This document shows, in pieces, positions 49,690 to 62,670 of a DNA stretch of 64,000 bases (its first letter is position 1; each line of letters starts with the position of its first letter). The stretch is from Octopus sinensis (lineage: Eukaryota): positions 2,666,001 to 2,730,000 of the forward strand of contig NC_043019.1 of assembly GCF_006345805.1 (NCBI RefSeq), given 5' to 3'. A model generated the notes under the pieces. The model saw only the letters and a list, made by a program, of their open reading frames with translations. It was not told the origin of the DNA and did not search any database. Both the position numbers and the translations under genes were made by a program.

Positions 49690-50225
49690 ATATATAATAT
49701 AATGAAATTATTGTATGCAGTGCTCAGGTGCACCACAACTTGTCAAAAGTGCATATAAAGCATATGCAGTAATGTACAAATGTCTGGAAAGTGAACAGTG
49801 TATGAGTCAGATACATGCTTGTGTGTGTATGGAGGGGAGAAAATCAGGTGTAGTGTTGGCAAATCTCAGGAAGCATGGAAGTTTTGAAAGATGCAGTGCT
49901 CCGACAATTAACAACTGATGCTGGCAGTTTGTTCCATACTTAAGCAACTCTTAGCGTGAAAAAATGTTTCCGAAAGTCATGGGAGCTGTGCTGTTTTCTG
50001 ACTTTGTAAACATGTCCACGGGTGTTAGACAGATGGAGTTTGAAAAGGTGCTCAGAATTATTGTTTGTAAGATGGTTAATAATTTTATGGGTGTCTGCCA
50101 AGTCAGCTGCCAGACGTCGGAGTTTCAATGTATTCATGCCCAGGGAAATAAGGCATTCAGAATATGGCAAATGCCTGATGGAGGGTATTCACTTGGTTAC
50201 ACGTTGCTGAACAGTTTCCAGACGA
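49690..50225 (-). mobile_element. CR1/L2-type LINE 3' fragment
   Basis: YSECLISLGMNTLKLRRLAADL..HKII..TRGHVYKVRKQHSSHDFRKHFFTLRVA*VWNKLP matches the CR1 C-terminal L..RR...DL / TRGH / R..FF..RV...WN.LP pattern. Confidence 0.88.
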
Positions 50226-51178
50226 TTAATATCTGTCTCCAAATAACTGTGTTGATCCTTTTAATGTATTTTATCATTGAAAATGGACATAAGATGATGA
50301 TAATACTTTGTGGCAAAATCAAGTTTTCCGTTTTAGAATGGTAGGACTGAAAATCTGTTTACCTCGGAATTTTGATGGGCTGTTTTATTTTTACAGCTAA
50401 GTGGGATTTTTATGCTAACCAATTAATTATGAAGTAAAACTTGTTCTTATTTAGTCTCAGACACAGTTAGGTCAGGATACTTTTTACTGAATGCTAGGTG
50501 CAAAAAATATGGACAGCCAAGAAAAGTTTTGCGTGAACTACTGATATTTTGGGCAAGAATCTTTAATTCTTCAATAGCTGTGCAATACATCCTCATCTTC
50601 ATTTTACGTCTGCTTTCCATACTAGCATGAGTGGGATGGGTCATCATGATTCAAGTCAGTTCCTATTTGGAGTTGCTGTCCTGTTACAGTTGATAGGGGG
50701 AACCATATTTTGTTGAATTTCTTTTATTCTTATAATTATAGATGAAGCAGTCTTAAACATTCATTCATGAAATATATTTTTGCTATGTGCTATTTTTACC
50801 ATTCCTATTCATTTTCATTATTTCACATAAAATTTCTTTACCATTGGCCAAAATTTTCTTTTCAGTTCATTAATTTTCACACAACTGTTTTCTTTTAGCA
50901 TTTCTAAAGCATTTTCATCAGAAGTTATATGAATTATTGAACTTTCTTTTCTATCAGAAATGCCTGTTAACTCACTTTTCATTTCAAATTTACTTTTGTG
51001 ATTATTAACTAAAAATAACATGTCTACTAAGCAAAGAATATATATATATATATATTATATATATATATATTATATATAATATTTTAGTTAGACCTGGCTA
51101 TTGATGCTACTAGTAAAATGGTTTTTAATGGATTGCTCACTCTGCATGAAAATGCAGCCAAATTACCCTTGAATCACA

Positions 51179-51507
51179 TCTCTATATAAATAAACAGCAA
51201 AGTATGTGTGTGCGTGCACGCGTATCCTTTATACAAATCCACAATTTTTCAGTTAGAGGGCTCGCACTTTCTATAGTCATTCAAAACCGTCCGAGAGTGG
51301 TTGTGCACATTTTTACATTTCCCCCCACAAAGCCATTAAAAATCAATAGAAGTGACTTTTTTGTGAATTTTCTATCCAAAACCCAATCAAAATGCCTGAA
51401 ACCTGATACGCCAATTGAATGCCAGCTAGCTGTATGTGATTGGTCGGATGTTTGGACAGTCCTCACATGTATGTATGCACACACTCAGCGGTATATGCAT
51501 GCACTAG
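51179..51507 (+). mobile_element. Non-autonomous Helitron-like element, copy 2
   Basis: A(51178)|TC ... CTAG(51504-07)|T; inverted homolog of 28967-29290. Confidence 0.65.
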
Positions 51508-51800
51508 TTATACTATATTTAGAAAAGGGAACATGATGTCAAAGGCATACAGTAAAATTGGATGAAAGGGGTGGAGAAAGCCTTTGATCGTAGGTTTGCT
51601 TTTTCCAGGTTAAACAACAACACAATCATTTGAGCTAATGAGAAATAGCAATGAAATCTTCCTCAAATCATATCTTATAAAATGAAAGGCACTGTGGATA
51701 ATGCAGTCTTAGACACACTAAACCTAAATCTAAAATGATGACACAAATTAGGGGTCTGTTGCACAGGGATGATGTGAAACTGTACATATATAGTCACCCT

Positions 51801-52172
51801 TTTATCTTTTACTTGTTTCAGTCATTAGACTGTGCCCATACTGGGGCACCACCTTCAAGATTCTAGTCAAATGAATAGACCACAGAAATTATTTTTAAAA
51901 CCTGGTGCTTATTATGTTAGTCTCTTTTGTCAAACCATTAAGTTATAGGGATGTAAACAAACCAACATTTGTTAAGCATAAACGCTAAGACATATACACA
52001 TACATGGCAGGCTTCTTTCATTTTTCATTTACTTATCAAATCTATTCACCAGGCTTTGGTTGGCCTGGAGCTATAGAAGAAGACATTTGCCCCAAGGTGC
52101 CATGCAGTGGGACTGAACCTGGAACCATGAAGTTAGGTAGCAAACTTCTTACCACACAACCACACCTACACC
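51801..52172 (-). mobile_element. SINE family A
   Basis: Reverse-complement head, core and tail. Confidence 0.82.
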
Positions 52173-52304
52173 TTTTTAAATAACAAGGTCAGCTTTGACT
52201 GGGATATGGCAGTCATGACTATTCCATCCTTCTTTTAGCCATTTCTCATCCAGAATTACTTCGCTCAGTGTGTCCCTTTGCCAGATGGTATATTATAATT
52301 TGAA

Positions 52305-52720
52305 GGCAATGAGCTGGCAGACACGTTAGTGCCCCAGGAGAAATGCTTAATGGTATTTCGCCTGCCGCTACGTTCTGAGTTCAAATTCCGCCGAGGTTGA
52401 CTTTGCCTTTCATCCTTTTGGGGTCGATAAATTAAGTACCAGTTGCACACTGGAGTCGATGTAATCGACTTAATCCATATGCCTGTCCTTGTTTATCCTC
52501 TCTGTGTTTAGCCCCTTGTAGGTAGTAGAGAAATAGCAATTTTGCCTGCCGCTACATTTTGTATTCAAATTCCGCTGGGGTTGACTTTGCCTTTCATCCT
52601 TTCAGGGTCGATTAAATAAGTACCAGTTATGCACTGGGGTCAATGTAATCGACTTAATCTGTGTGTCTGTCCTTGCTTGTCCTCTCTATGTTTAACCCCT
52701 TGTGGGTAATAAAGAAATAG
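52305..52720 (+). mobile_element. SINE family B: full copy followed directly by a 5'-truncated copy
   Basis: Core and tail repeated head-to-tail. Confidence 0.88.
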
Positions 52721-53171
52721 CTATATTATAATTTGAATTAGGGAGCTATTTTTGGCAGGTTTAGTGACCAGCTAGAGGTTGTCTCTTTGTGTACGAGTGA
52801 AAGAGTTCTTAAAATAATTTCATTACCAAAGAGTTATTTCCGACAGAATTTGTTTGTCTTCTATCACAAATACACCTGAGGTTCATAAGCATAACAACAA
52901 CAACAACAACCTTTGTCATTGTTCCTCTTCATACATAAGACATTTCCTCGTAATCTAAGATATTATTCAACTACAATATTCTGCTCTACTTAAAGTAGTC
53001 TAGCATCAGCAGCAACTGGTTCTCTCTGTATTCCACTTTTTAGACATAGCGATGAGAGGCATATCCAAATCTAGTTATATACTTAGATTCATATGAATAT
53101 TTCAAATGATAAAATACTAAATGCTCGGTAAATCTTCCAAGAATTATCTTTGCAATTCTTCAGAAATCAAT

Positions 53172-53228
<57 letters not shown>

Positions 53229-53730
53229 CATGTGTGTGTATCATTTTTGCTTCAAGTCTTTAATTCAGTAGTTCTGTTATAAATTCTTTGATCTTTCACA
53301 ACTCTCTATTATTCTTTACACTTATTGAACATTGAATCTCTTTTAAACACACAAGACATATATCACTCACTGCTAACAAAATAGAAAAATAAAAAAATAA
53401 AATAAAAATAAAAAAGTAATTTTCTTCATTTCATGTACTGTGAATGTTTATTCCTGTTCGTATTTATATAAGTTCAGTATGGCCACGGAAATAAAATTAA
53501 AAGACATTTCTTGTTGGTGCTTGTTTATTATAAAGAATGTTATTTGTGCCGTTTCTAATAGTAGCTGTTTCGATGCAATTACCACTTTAAAAATAAATGT
53601 TCTTTATTAAATCTCTACATTTGATATTACTGTAAAATATATATGCTGTATTCTCAATGGAAGTTTAAGAAATATACCTTATATATAATTAAGAAGAAAA
53701 AAAACCCTGATCGATTTAGTAAAAATAATT

Positions 53731-53766
53731 AATTTCTTCCTTTTTCTGTTCTTCTTTCAGGTAAGT
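53731..53766 (+). promoter_or_regulatory. Candidate recursive (zero-length exon) splice site
   Basis: aatttcttcctttttctgttcttctttcAG|GTAAGT, junction at 53760/53761. Confidence 0.45.
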
Positions 53767-56700
53767 ACAAGATTTGTTAAATATCGTGAGTAATGTTTCC
53801 TATCAGATTCTTGTTTTTCTCATATTACATCAACGACTACAACACGGTCCACGCAACAGACTGCTTCATATTGACTTACTATTAAAATATCAGTTACTAT
53901 CTTCTACTACTATTATTATTATAATTATTATTATTATTATTTTGCTACATAAATCAAGTTTTCTCTCTCTTTTTAGGTTTTTTTTTTATTCTTAACATTA
54001 TTCTTATTTGTTCTCTATCACAATTTCACTTTGATAAATGTCACATGGTTGTAAATCAGAATCCTAAAACCAATTTCCATGTTCTTTTTTGTTTTTTTGC
54101 TGTTGTTTTTGTTGTCTTTTTCTTGTTGTTTTTTCACCTCACCCCCCCCCCACTCCACAAAGTAATTTGCAGCCATTGTATACTATCACTTCTGTCTGGT
54201 GTAGACAGATTAACAGAATAAAAACGGCCTAGCTTCAAAGCCGGCTCATATTTGTTAAACAGCAATATAGATATAATGGTTTAGTTTTATATCAATAATA
54301 GCAACACTTTAAAACTCTTAGAAAGATGGTAAGGGAGAAACGGTAAAGTTTGAACTGTCTGATTAAATCCAATTCAACATATAGAATATATTAGTTTAAA
54401 ACGAAATAAAATCCAACGCAGTTACTTCAATGATAACATAAAACTCTCATTAACACCACTTTTCAATGAATTAGTTTCTGATTTTTAGAACCATAGTAAA
54501 GACTTATTCTTTGGGGGGGGGGGGGCTATTTTTATAGTTATGTTGAGAAATATGTTTATCAAATAATATCTTATTACAAACAAACAAAAAAAAAGAAAAG
54601 AAGAAATGTAATTCAGGCGGGGAAAAAAAAACCCATTAATAAGTGCATTATTGTTTTCATGTTTGAAAATAAAATAATTTTCAGAAAGTTATGATATCAA
54701 TATATTACTGATATTTATTTCTGTGACCCTCGGGGGTTGATGACTAGTAAAGTAAGCCTTCATATCTGTTTGTCTAATTAATAAAATATTACGATCTTAT
54801 AATTGATCTATTGTCACCCGCTTTTGTCTTAGGAGTAAATTATATTACGTTGTAAAAGAGCACAGTGTATAATTATACTGACTAATTTGTTTATAGTGGA
54901 GTTTATTTGTCACCGAGTACCAATTTTAGGTCGTGTTTGTGATTGGCTATGAAAATTAATATTAGCTGTATGCCATTAACCTTTGACTTAATGTCACTCT
55001 TTTCTTTTCTTAGTATTATCTCTTTCACATCCTAACCATAGTAATGAGAATGAAATATTATTAACATCAGCTTCAGTTATCTCGAATTTAGAATTAAACC
55101 TAAAATACTTACTATTGATTTTTACACCGTATTGATGTAATTACCTAAACTGTTTTACTTCATCTAGTCTTGAAGTCTCTGATAACGATGATTTGCTCTC
55201 CAATGTTGATAGAGATGTGTGAAACGTAACAACTCGTTACCTACCAATTATATTTTTTACTTTCTATTAGTTTTGTCCTTATGAGACCTTTCCCACACCA
55301 TCATAACAGGTGTCTTTCATCTGCGTTACTCGATTCAGCTATGTTTGTTTATATTCTCTTTAAACAATTTTTAAAGAATCTACAAAGCACCTATAGAAAA
55401 CAGTAATAAGGTGATAAAGTAACAACTAACCATTGCTGTCATCCTATAACATAATTTAACTGGTTTTGGTCTTAGATCAACACTTAGTTGATACTGAAAT
55501 AACTTAACACTTTCACTTGGCAACTATGGTCTTTCAGTAGAATTCCCACAGTTGCAGTCATTTAGACAAGGTTTGTAGTTTGAAGATGATTCAATGGCTT
55601 AACCCCTTTGATACCAACCCGCCTGAAACCACCTCTGGCTTGTTTCCAAAAGTTTCGAATCAAAATCTTCCACCAAACCTTTGTCATAATTTATGTTCGT
55701 AACACTAGCTTAATGATAACTAAGTTGTTTTTCTAAATTCTTTGTTATATCTAAAAATTAATTGAAAAAAACATAGTGCATCTCAACAGAAATATGGGAA
55801 CAAAAGGGTCAATGGGTTGTTTTTTATTGTTGTTTCTTCCTTTTTATGCCACCAGTCTTGGAGATCATTCAAAGATTAGGGACATTGCCATTATTCTCAT
55901 AACTAAATCTTTTTTTTTTTTAAATGATAAAACAATAATTATCAAAACCATATTCCTTGTTCTATTTTTTAAAAAAATTATCTTTTGTTCATTATAACAG
56001 AGGAATTCATATTTATAATAGATTTTGAGAGATTTTCTTAGTAAGGGAGTCTTTTTATGAACACTACACAAAAAAAATCAGTAAGTGGCAATTGGACAGC
56101 CAGTCTGATAAATCAGTTGATGAAGTAATCAACATCCTGTGGTAAGATTTATTTATTCGTCTATATAAGCAGACTATCAAACTAGACGAGACAAGGGGTC
56201 ATCAATATTTACTGGCAAAAATATACCAAGCATATTTCAGAGTTATCTGCCACTGACAAGTAGCCTGGCATTTTGATTAAGCTTTGTTTACATTGTATCA
56301 TAAAGATCAGATATTTTATTTAATATCGTGTAGGTGATGTTGTATCCTATTAAAAAAACAAGATTCAATTTCTCAACTACAGTTACAACAACTAACAATC
56401 ATTTAATGGCAAATAACATGTTTGTCAAAATGAGCATAATGGAACCCGTGTCTGCTCTTCGATTAAATTGCACACTTTCTAAGAAATTAATTACTTAGTA
56501 AATTCCCAAGTCTAATCATTTGCCTGATTTTTCAAACTTTTGTAATCATATTTTTATATATTTGCCAAATGAAATTGTATAGGCACAGTTTACTTCCCAA
56601 CCACTTGGTTCTGGGTTCAGTCCCACTGCATAGCACCTTGGGCAAGTGTCTTCTACTATAGCCTCAGGCTGACCAAAATTTTGTGAGTGGATTTTGTAAA

Positions 56701-57860
56701 GGGGAAACTAAAAGAAGCCCATCGTATATATTCATGAATATATCGGCTCATCCCATAAATAATGCGGTTTTTTATATTTCTATTATTTTTCAATAATAGA
56801 AGTGGTGGTGGTGGCGGCGTGTGTGTTGCCTAGACTTGACATCACTTGATAGTTGTAATTCTTTTACTGTTTTACTGCGGTCATGCTGGAGCTCTGCCTT
56901 TAAGGGTCTTTGTAAGCCTAGTACTGAGAGACAACAGAGTAATGCCATTGGTATGATGGTGAAGAGGGGGCATCAGAGAGAAACGGGATGCTGTGTTAAG
57001 AGAAGCTAAGTTAGGAGGAATGATGAGGTAGAAAGAAGTGATAATTGGTGAAACCAAAATCTGAGAATGAAAGATGACAGAATTGGAAAATGAAGAAAAC
57101 ATGATGGGGAATATAGAAAAGGGACAAAAAAGATGCAATGAAAATATGATGGGAAGCTGAGGCAGCGTGAAAGGTTTTAATAAACTACATGAACAGTGAA
57201 CAGGCCCTTGGAAATCCTTGCTTGAAAACCCCGGAAAGTTTTACTTCAAATTTTTCAAAAGTTTAAACAAAATTGCTTCAATGAATTCCGTCTAACCCAT
57301 GCAAGCCTGGAAATGTAGGCAATAAATGATGATAAATGATAACGATGAATGTTTTCATTGTTTTTTTTTTTAAGTTAGTCATTCACGAAAGATGATATCA
57401 GCATGGTTCTGTATTTTGTATATACTGATATCATAAATTTTATCTTTCTATCAAATTAGTTATCAGCATTCCTACCACACATTTCTCTAAATTACAGACA
57501 ACTACATTTAATGTTTATTACTTCAAATGGAAGTACTTTTATGCTTTATCTTTGGAAATTTGTGTTGGCACAGATTTAACAGCGATTGTTGAACTTGCAA
57601 ATGAAGAGTGGTTTTATGCAGTCTGAAATGTTTTAATATTTTGGTAGTATTTTTATATATAGGTTATAGTTAGCATAGGTGTAGTTGTGTGGGTAAGAAT
57701 TTTCCTTTCCAACTACGTAGTCTCATGTTCTGTCCCACTGCATGACACCTTGTGCACATGTCCTCTACTATATCCCTGGCAGGTTGAAGCCTTCTGAGGG
57801 GATTTGTCCTCTTTAACTATTATATATATATAAATATATATACAGATATATATGAATTTA

Positions 57861-58245
57861 GGCATAGGAGTGGCTGTATGGTAAGTAGCTTGCTTACGAA
57901 CCACATGGTTCCGGGTTCAGTCCCACTGCGTGGCAGTTTGGGCAAGTGTCTTCTACAATAGCCTTGGGCCGACCAAAGCCTTGTGAGTGGATTTGGTAGA
58001 CAGAAATTGAAAGAAGCCTATCGTATATATGTATACATATATGTATGTGTGTTTGTGTATATGTTTGTGTCTGTATTTGTCCCCCCAACATCGCTTGACA
58101 ACTGACGCTGATGTGTTTACGTCCCCCGTAACTTAGCGGTTTGGCAAAAATGACTGATAGAATAAGTACTAGGCTCACAAAGAATAAGTCCTCGGGTTGA
58201 TTTGCTCGACTAAAGGTAGTGCTCCAGCATGGCCACAGTCATACT
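57861..58245 (+). mobile_element. SINE family A, near full length
   Basis: Head, B box, core and tail. Confidence 0.9.
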
Positions 58246-58278
58246 GGAATCGATTGAACATGTTTAGTGTTGATCACC

Positions 58279-58878
58279 ATCTTCTTCTTCTTCCTTGTGG
58301 AGCATAGGGCCTCAACAGTTGTTTTCCACTTTTTGCGGTCATTGGTGTGTTTCTTGGCTGCTTCCCATGTCAGGCCGGTGGTCCTGAGCCCATCCAAAAT
58401 GCTCCGCTTCCATGTCTGCTTCGGGCGTCCTCGCTTCGTTTTCCCCTGCAGGTTTCAGTCAAGTGCTTGTCATGTCACATTTGAGGCTTCTTTCCGCATT
58501 GTGTGTCCGATCCATCTCCATTTCCTTCGTCTAATCTGAACATGTATGGGCTCCTGGTTGGCCCCTTCCCACAGGTCGGTGTTTGGCACTCTGTCGAACA
58601 ACGTCAGATGGAGGATCTGCCGGAGACATTTGTTGATGAAGGTCTGGATCTTCTTGCAGTTGCTGCAGGTGGATCTCCATGTTTCAGAGCCATACAAATG
58701 CACAGATTTACGTTTGAACTAAATAAGCAGAGTTTAGTTCGAGTTGAGATGGCAGTGGACTTCCATACTGGCCGAAGAATAGTGAAGGCTTGCCAAGACT
58801 TCTTGCTTCTTGCCATGATGTCCTCGTCTGATTCACCTGATTTACTGATCTTGCTACCAAGAAAAGACAAACTCACTA
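58279..58878 (-). mobile_element. RTE-clade LINE 3' fragment with (GAA)n tail
   Basis: LGSKISKSGESDEDIMAR..AFTILRPVWKSTAISTRTKLCLFSSNV / LYGSETW..KIQTFINKCLRQIL..IRRRKWRWIGH. Confidence 0.92.
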
Positions 58879-60180
58879 ACATCCTCCATGCTGGCATAAG
58901 CTGCACTAAACTGATTTGGCATGGTTTCTACATGGCCCTAACAGCAACCACTTTACAGAGTGTGCTGGATGCTTTTACATGTTGCCTCATGTGGCGCTGT
59001 ACTGGTGCTCTTACTTGTCATTGCTTGGGTGCTTTCACATGGCACCACCCATGAGTGCTTTACACAACCAGAAGGATTGGTCTTAACACTTTTGTTGTGG
59101 AGTATTGGTCTTCTTTATTTTATCGAATTTGCCATAAAGGCAGTACACAGTAAGGAAGCTTGCGGGGTGGGCACTGACATTAATGAAATGAACAATAATG
59201 ATACAAGGATGATGAGGATGGGAGAAGACGAAGAGCGCCCACCGACTTTTGCTTCTCTAAGACATTGTTCTTTTAAAGTTTCAAACCAAGGCAATAAACC
59301 TCTTACACAGTTGAAAAAGACACATTAATGAGGCAATAAACCTCATGGGTCTTCTTGACATATGTATGATCTTAAAGCTGAACATTTTTTGCAAGCTCCT
59401 ACTAGCTAACAATGCTTATTACTCACAAAATACCTCATATACCCTAATATAAAACATGCTTCGAACAACAAACATACAGTCTACTTAATTTTGTAATTTA
59501 TGGTTGTATTGTATATAAATATTGTAACAAAATAAATGGAAATATTTGTTTAATATTTTCTCTCATATAACTTCAAACCTCATTTGGTTTTCCATTTCTG
59601 TGAGGAAATAAAGAATTATTTTTTCTTCTTAATCTAATCATTAATAACACGAGTAGCTCAATATTGAATAACAGCATGTACTATTAGAGTTATTGATTAA
59701 AATATTCTCTAATGTGGCAATATTCAATGGGTATTAGCTTTTTATATTGAAGTTATTTTTTAAATAAAACCTACAAGTTTAGTGATATTCAATCCATTAA
59801 ATACATGAATATGTATATGTATGTATTAGTGTGTATATGTATGTATTTATATACATATATGTGTGTGTTATATAAATGTTATGCTAAATGTTTGCATTTA
59901 TTTTAAACCTTATCATTGTGTCTATTAAAGTACTTTAAGACTACAATTTCTCATTTGCCCTTCTCTTGAAGTGAACAACTTATTGATGGTCTTTAATGGA
60001 TAAATCTGACAAGAATTAAAACAAAGATATTCCTTGCAGTTAGATTTTTATTAATGCTTTTCCCTGCATGCTTTCATTATATTTGGCATGTTATTTGAGG
60101 ATTACGTTATGTGTGTTAAGAGATAAACATCTCCAGTAACTCTTATTTGGAATTCCAAATAATAATGGAATGCAAGTAGA

Positions 60181-60590
60181 GGAATGGTGGGTGTGTGGTT
60201 AAAAGGAATGTTTCCAAACTGTATGGTCTTTGGTTCAATCCCACTGTGCAGGACCTTGGGCAAATGTCTTCTACTATAACTCTGGGCCAACCAAAACCTT
60301 GTGAGTGGATTTGGTAGATGAAAACTGAAAGAAGCCTATCGTATATTTTATATATGTGTCTTTGTGTTTGCATTGTATCTGTGTGTCCCCCACACACCCC
60401 AACATTGCTTGATAACCATTGTTGGTTTGTTTACTTAACAGTTTGGCAAAAGCAACCAACAGAAAATGTACAAGACTTGAAAAAAACGAAATAAAAATGA
60501 TGGAGTTGATTTGTTTGAGTAAACTCTACATGGTGGTGCCCCTGCATGACCACAATCAAATGTCTGAAACAAGAAAAAATATAAATAAGA
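60181..60590 (+). mobile_element. SINE family A, diverged
   Basis: Head, core and tail motifs. Confidence 0.78.
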
Positions 60591-60764
60591 TACAAAAAAT
60601 ATATATATATAACAAATCTTTAGAGAAAATTGTCTTCTATAAAAGTAAAAGAGACCAGAATTTTTTGACTGAAATATCTTTGATTATAAGCCTGCTCAAT
60701 CGGCACTGACCTGGGACTAAATAACAACAGCAACAACAATAAACTACAAACAAAGGTTTAATAT

Positions 60765-61160
60765 TCTTTTCTACTCTAGGCACAAGGCCTGAAATTTTTT
60801 GTAAGGGTGGGTAGTCAATCAGATCGACCCCAGTAGGATGAAAGGCAAATTCAACCACTGCGGAATTTGAACTCAGAATGTAAATATAGATGATATACCG
60901 CTAAGCATTTCATCCGGTGTGCTAATGTTCCTTATTTCTTTGCTGCCCATAGAGGGCTAAACATAGAGGGGACAAACAAGGACAGAGAAAGGGATTAAGT
61001 CAATTACATCAACCCCAGTGCATAACTGGTACTTAATTTATTGACCCCGAAAGGATGAAAGACAAAATTGACCTCGGCAGAATTTGAGCTCAGAACATAG
61101 CGGCAGATGAAATACCGGTAAGCATTTCACCTGGTGTGCTAACATTTCTGCCAGCTGACC
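60765..61160 (-). mobile_element. Two SINE B copies
   Basis: Reverse-complement cores with both tail types. Confidence 0.8.
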
Positions 61161-61483
61161 GCATTTGAATAGCAAGTTCCCATGGCTATGAACATATTTG
61201 AAATATCAATGTGATGAAATCAGTAACTTATTAAGCTTACCTGACATATTGACTGTAGCATTAAAGTCCCAATGAAAGATATTCTACCTTTGTCTTCCTT
61301 TCAACAAAAAAGTATTTGTTGAAAAGAAGACAAATATTTTTATTTATTTCAATCATTGGACTGTAGCCATACTGGAGCACCACCTTGAAGGGTTTAGTCA
61401 AACAAACTGACCTAAGTTTTTATCATTATCTCTTACTGAACAACTAAGTTGTGGTGATGTAAACAAGCTGGTTATTAAGCAGT

Positions 61484-61866
61484 CATCATCATCATCATCA
61501 TTGTTTGACCGTGGTCGAGACAATGGAATTTACTATGTTACGCCAGACCTCACCGTCCATCATAGCATTACGGAGGTCCTGTTGCTGGATGCCTGTATCC
61601 CTGGAGATTACATCAGGGTAGGAGAGTGTGTGCTCTCTGGTATTGCGAGCAGATGGCTTCCAGAGGAGAAGAGTAGAAATTACCTCGTTTTCAGCTCTAC
61701 AACAATGTCCAGCAAACTGGACTCTCCTACCTTTCACAAGAGATGATACAGGTGGTAATTTTCCATGTATTTGTACTTTGGTTGGATGACGCTTCCACGA
61801 GAGATTTTGAGCTCTCATAAGGAGGCGAGTGTAAGTTCCATCCAACCGCCTCTCCAGCTTCTCAAG
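61484..61866 (-). mobile_element. RTE/RTE-X-like LINE 3' fragment with (TGA)n tail
   Basis: LERRLDGTYTRLLMRAQNLSWKRHPTK...RRVQFAGHC...LLLWKP...DLRNAMMDGEVWR. Confidence 0.88.
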
Positions 61867-62089
61867 TAGTGGGGTGGGAGAGAGACAAACACAAAGACAC
61901 ACACATTGATGTATGCATTTTATGATGAGTTTCACAAAGTTCCCATCCACTGAACTCACTCACATAGCATTGGTCAGCCCAGGGCTAAAGTAGAAGACAC
62001 TGGACTACCCAAGATGCTGTGCAGTCAGACTGAACCAGAGACCATGTGATTGCAAAGTGAGCTTCTTAACCACAGGATCATGGCTGCCT

Positions 62090-62670
62090 ATATTCTTTTA
62101 TTTTTCTTGTTTTAGTCATCAGACTGTGGCCATGCTGGGGCACTACCTTCGACGATTTTTAGTTGAATGAATTGACCCCCAGTACTTAGTTTTGTTAAGC
62201 CTGGTACTTATTCTATCAGTCTCTTTTGCTAAACCACTAAGTTACAGAGACATAAGCACTCCAACATCAGTTATCAAGCAGTGGTGGGGCAACTCACACA
62301 AACACATACATACAAACAAACACATATACACATACAAACACATATACACATACACACACACATGCACACACACACACGTACAAACACACACACTCACAAA
62401 CACACACAAACACACACACACACACAAACACACACACAAACACACACACAAACACACACCCACAAACATACACACACACACAACCACACACGCACAAACA
62501 CACACAAATACGATGGGCTTCTTTCAGTTTCTGTCTATCAAATCCATTCACAAGGCTTTGGTCGGCCTGCGGCTTTAGTAGAAGACACATACCCAAGGTG
62601 CCATGCAGTGGTACTGAACCTAGAATCTTGTGACTGGGAAGCAAGCGTCCTGCCACACAGTCATACCAGT
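62090..62670 (-). mobile_element. SINE family A with an expanded internal (CA)-rich microsatellite
   Basis: Family A tail and head flank a ~220-bp CACACACACAAA-type expansion. Confidence 0.85.
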
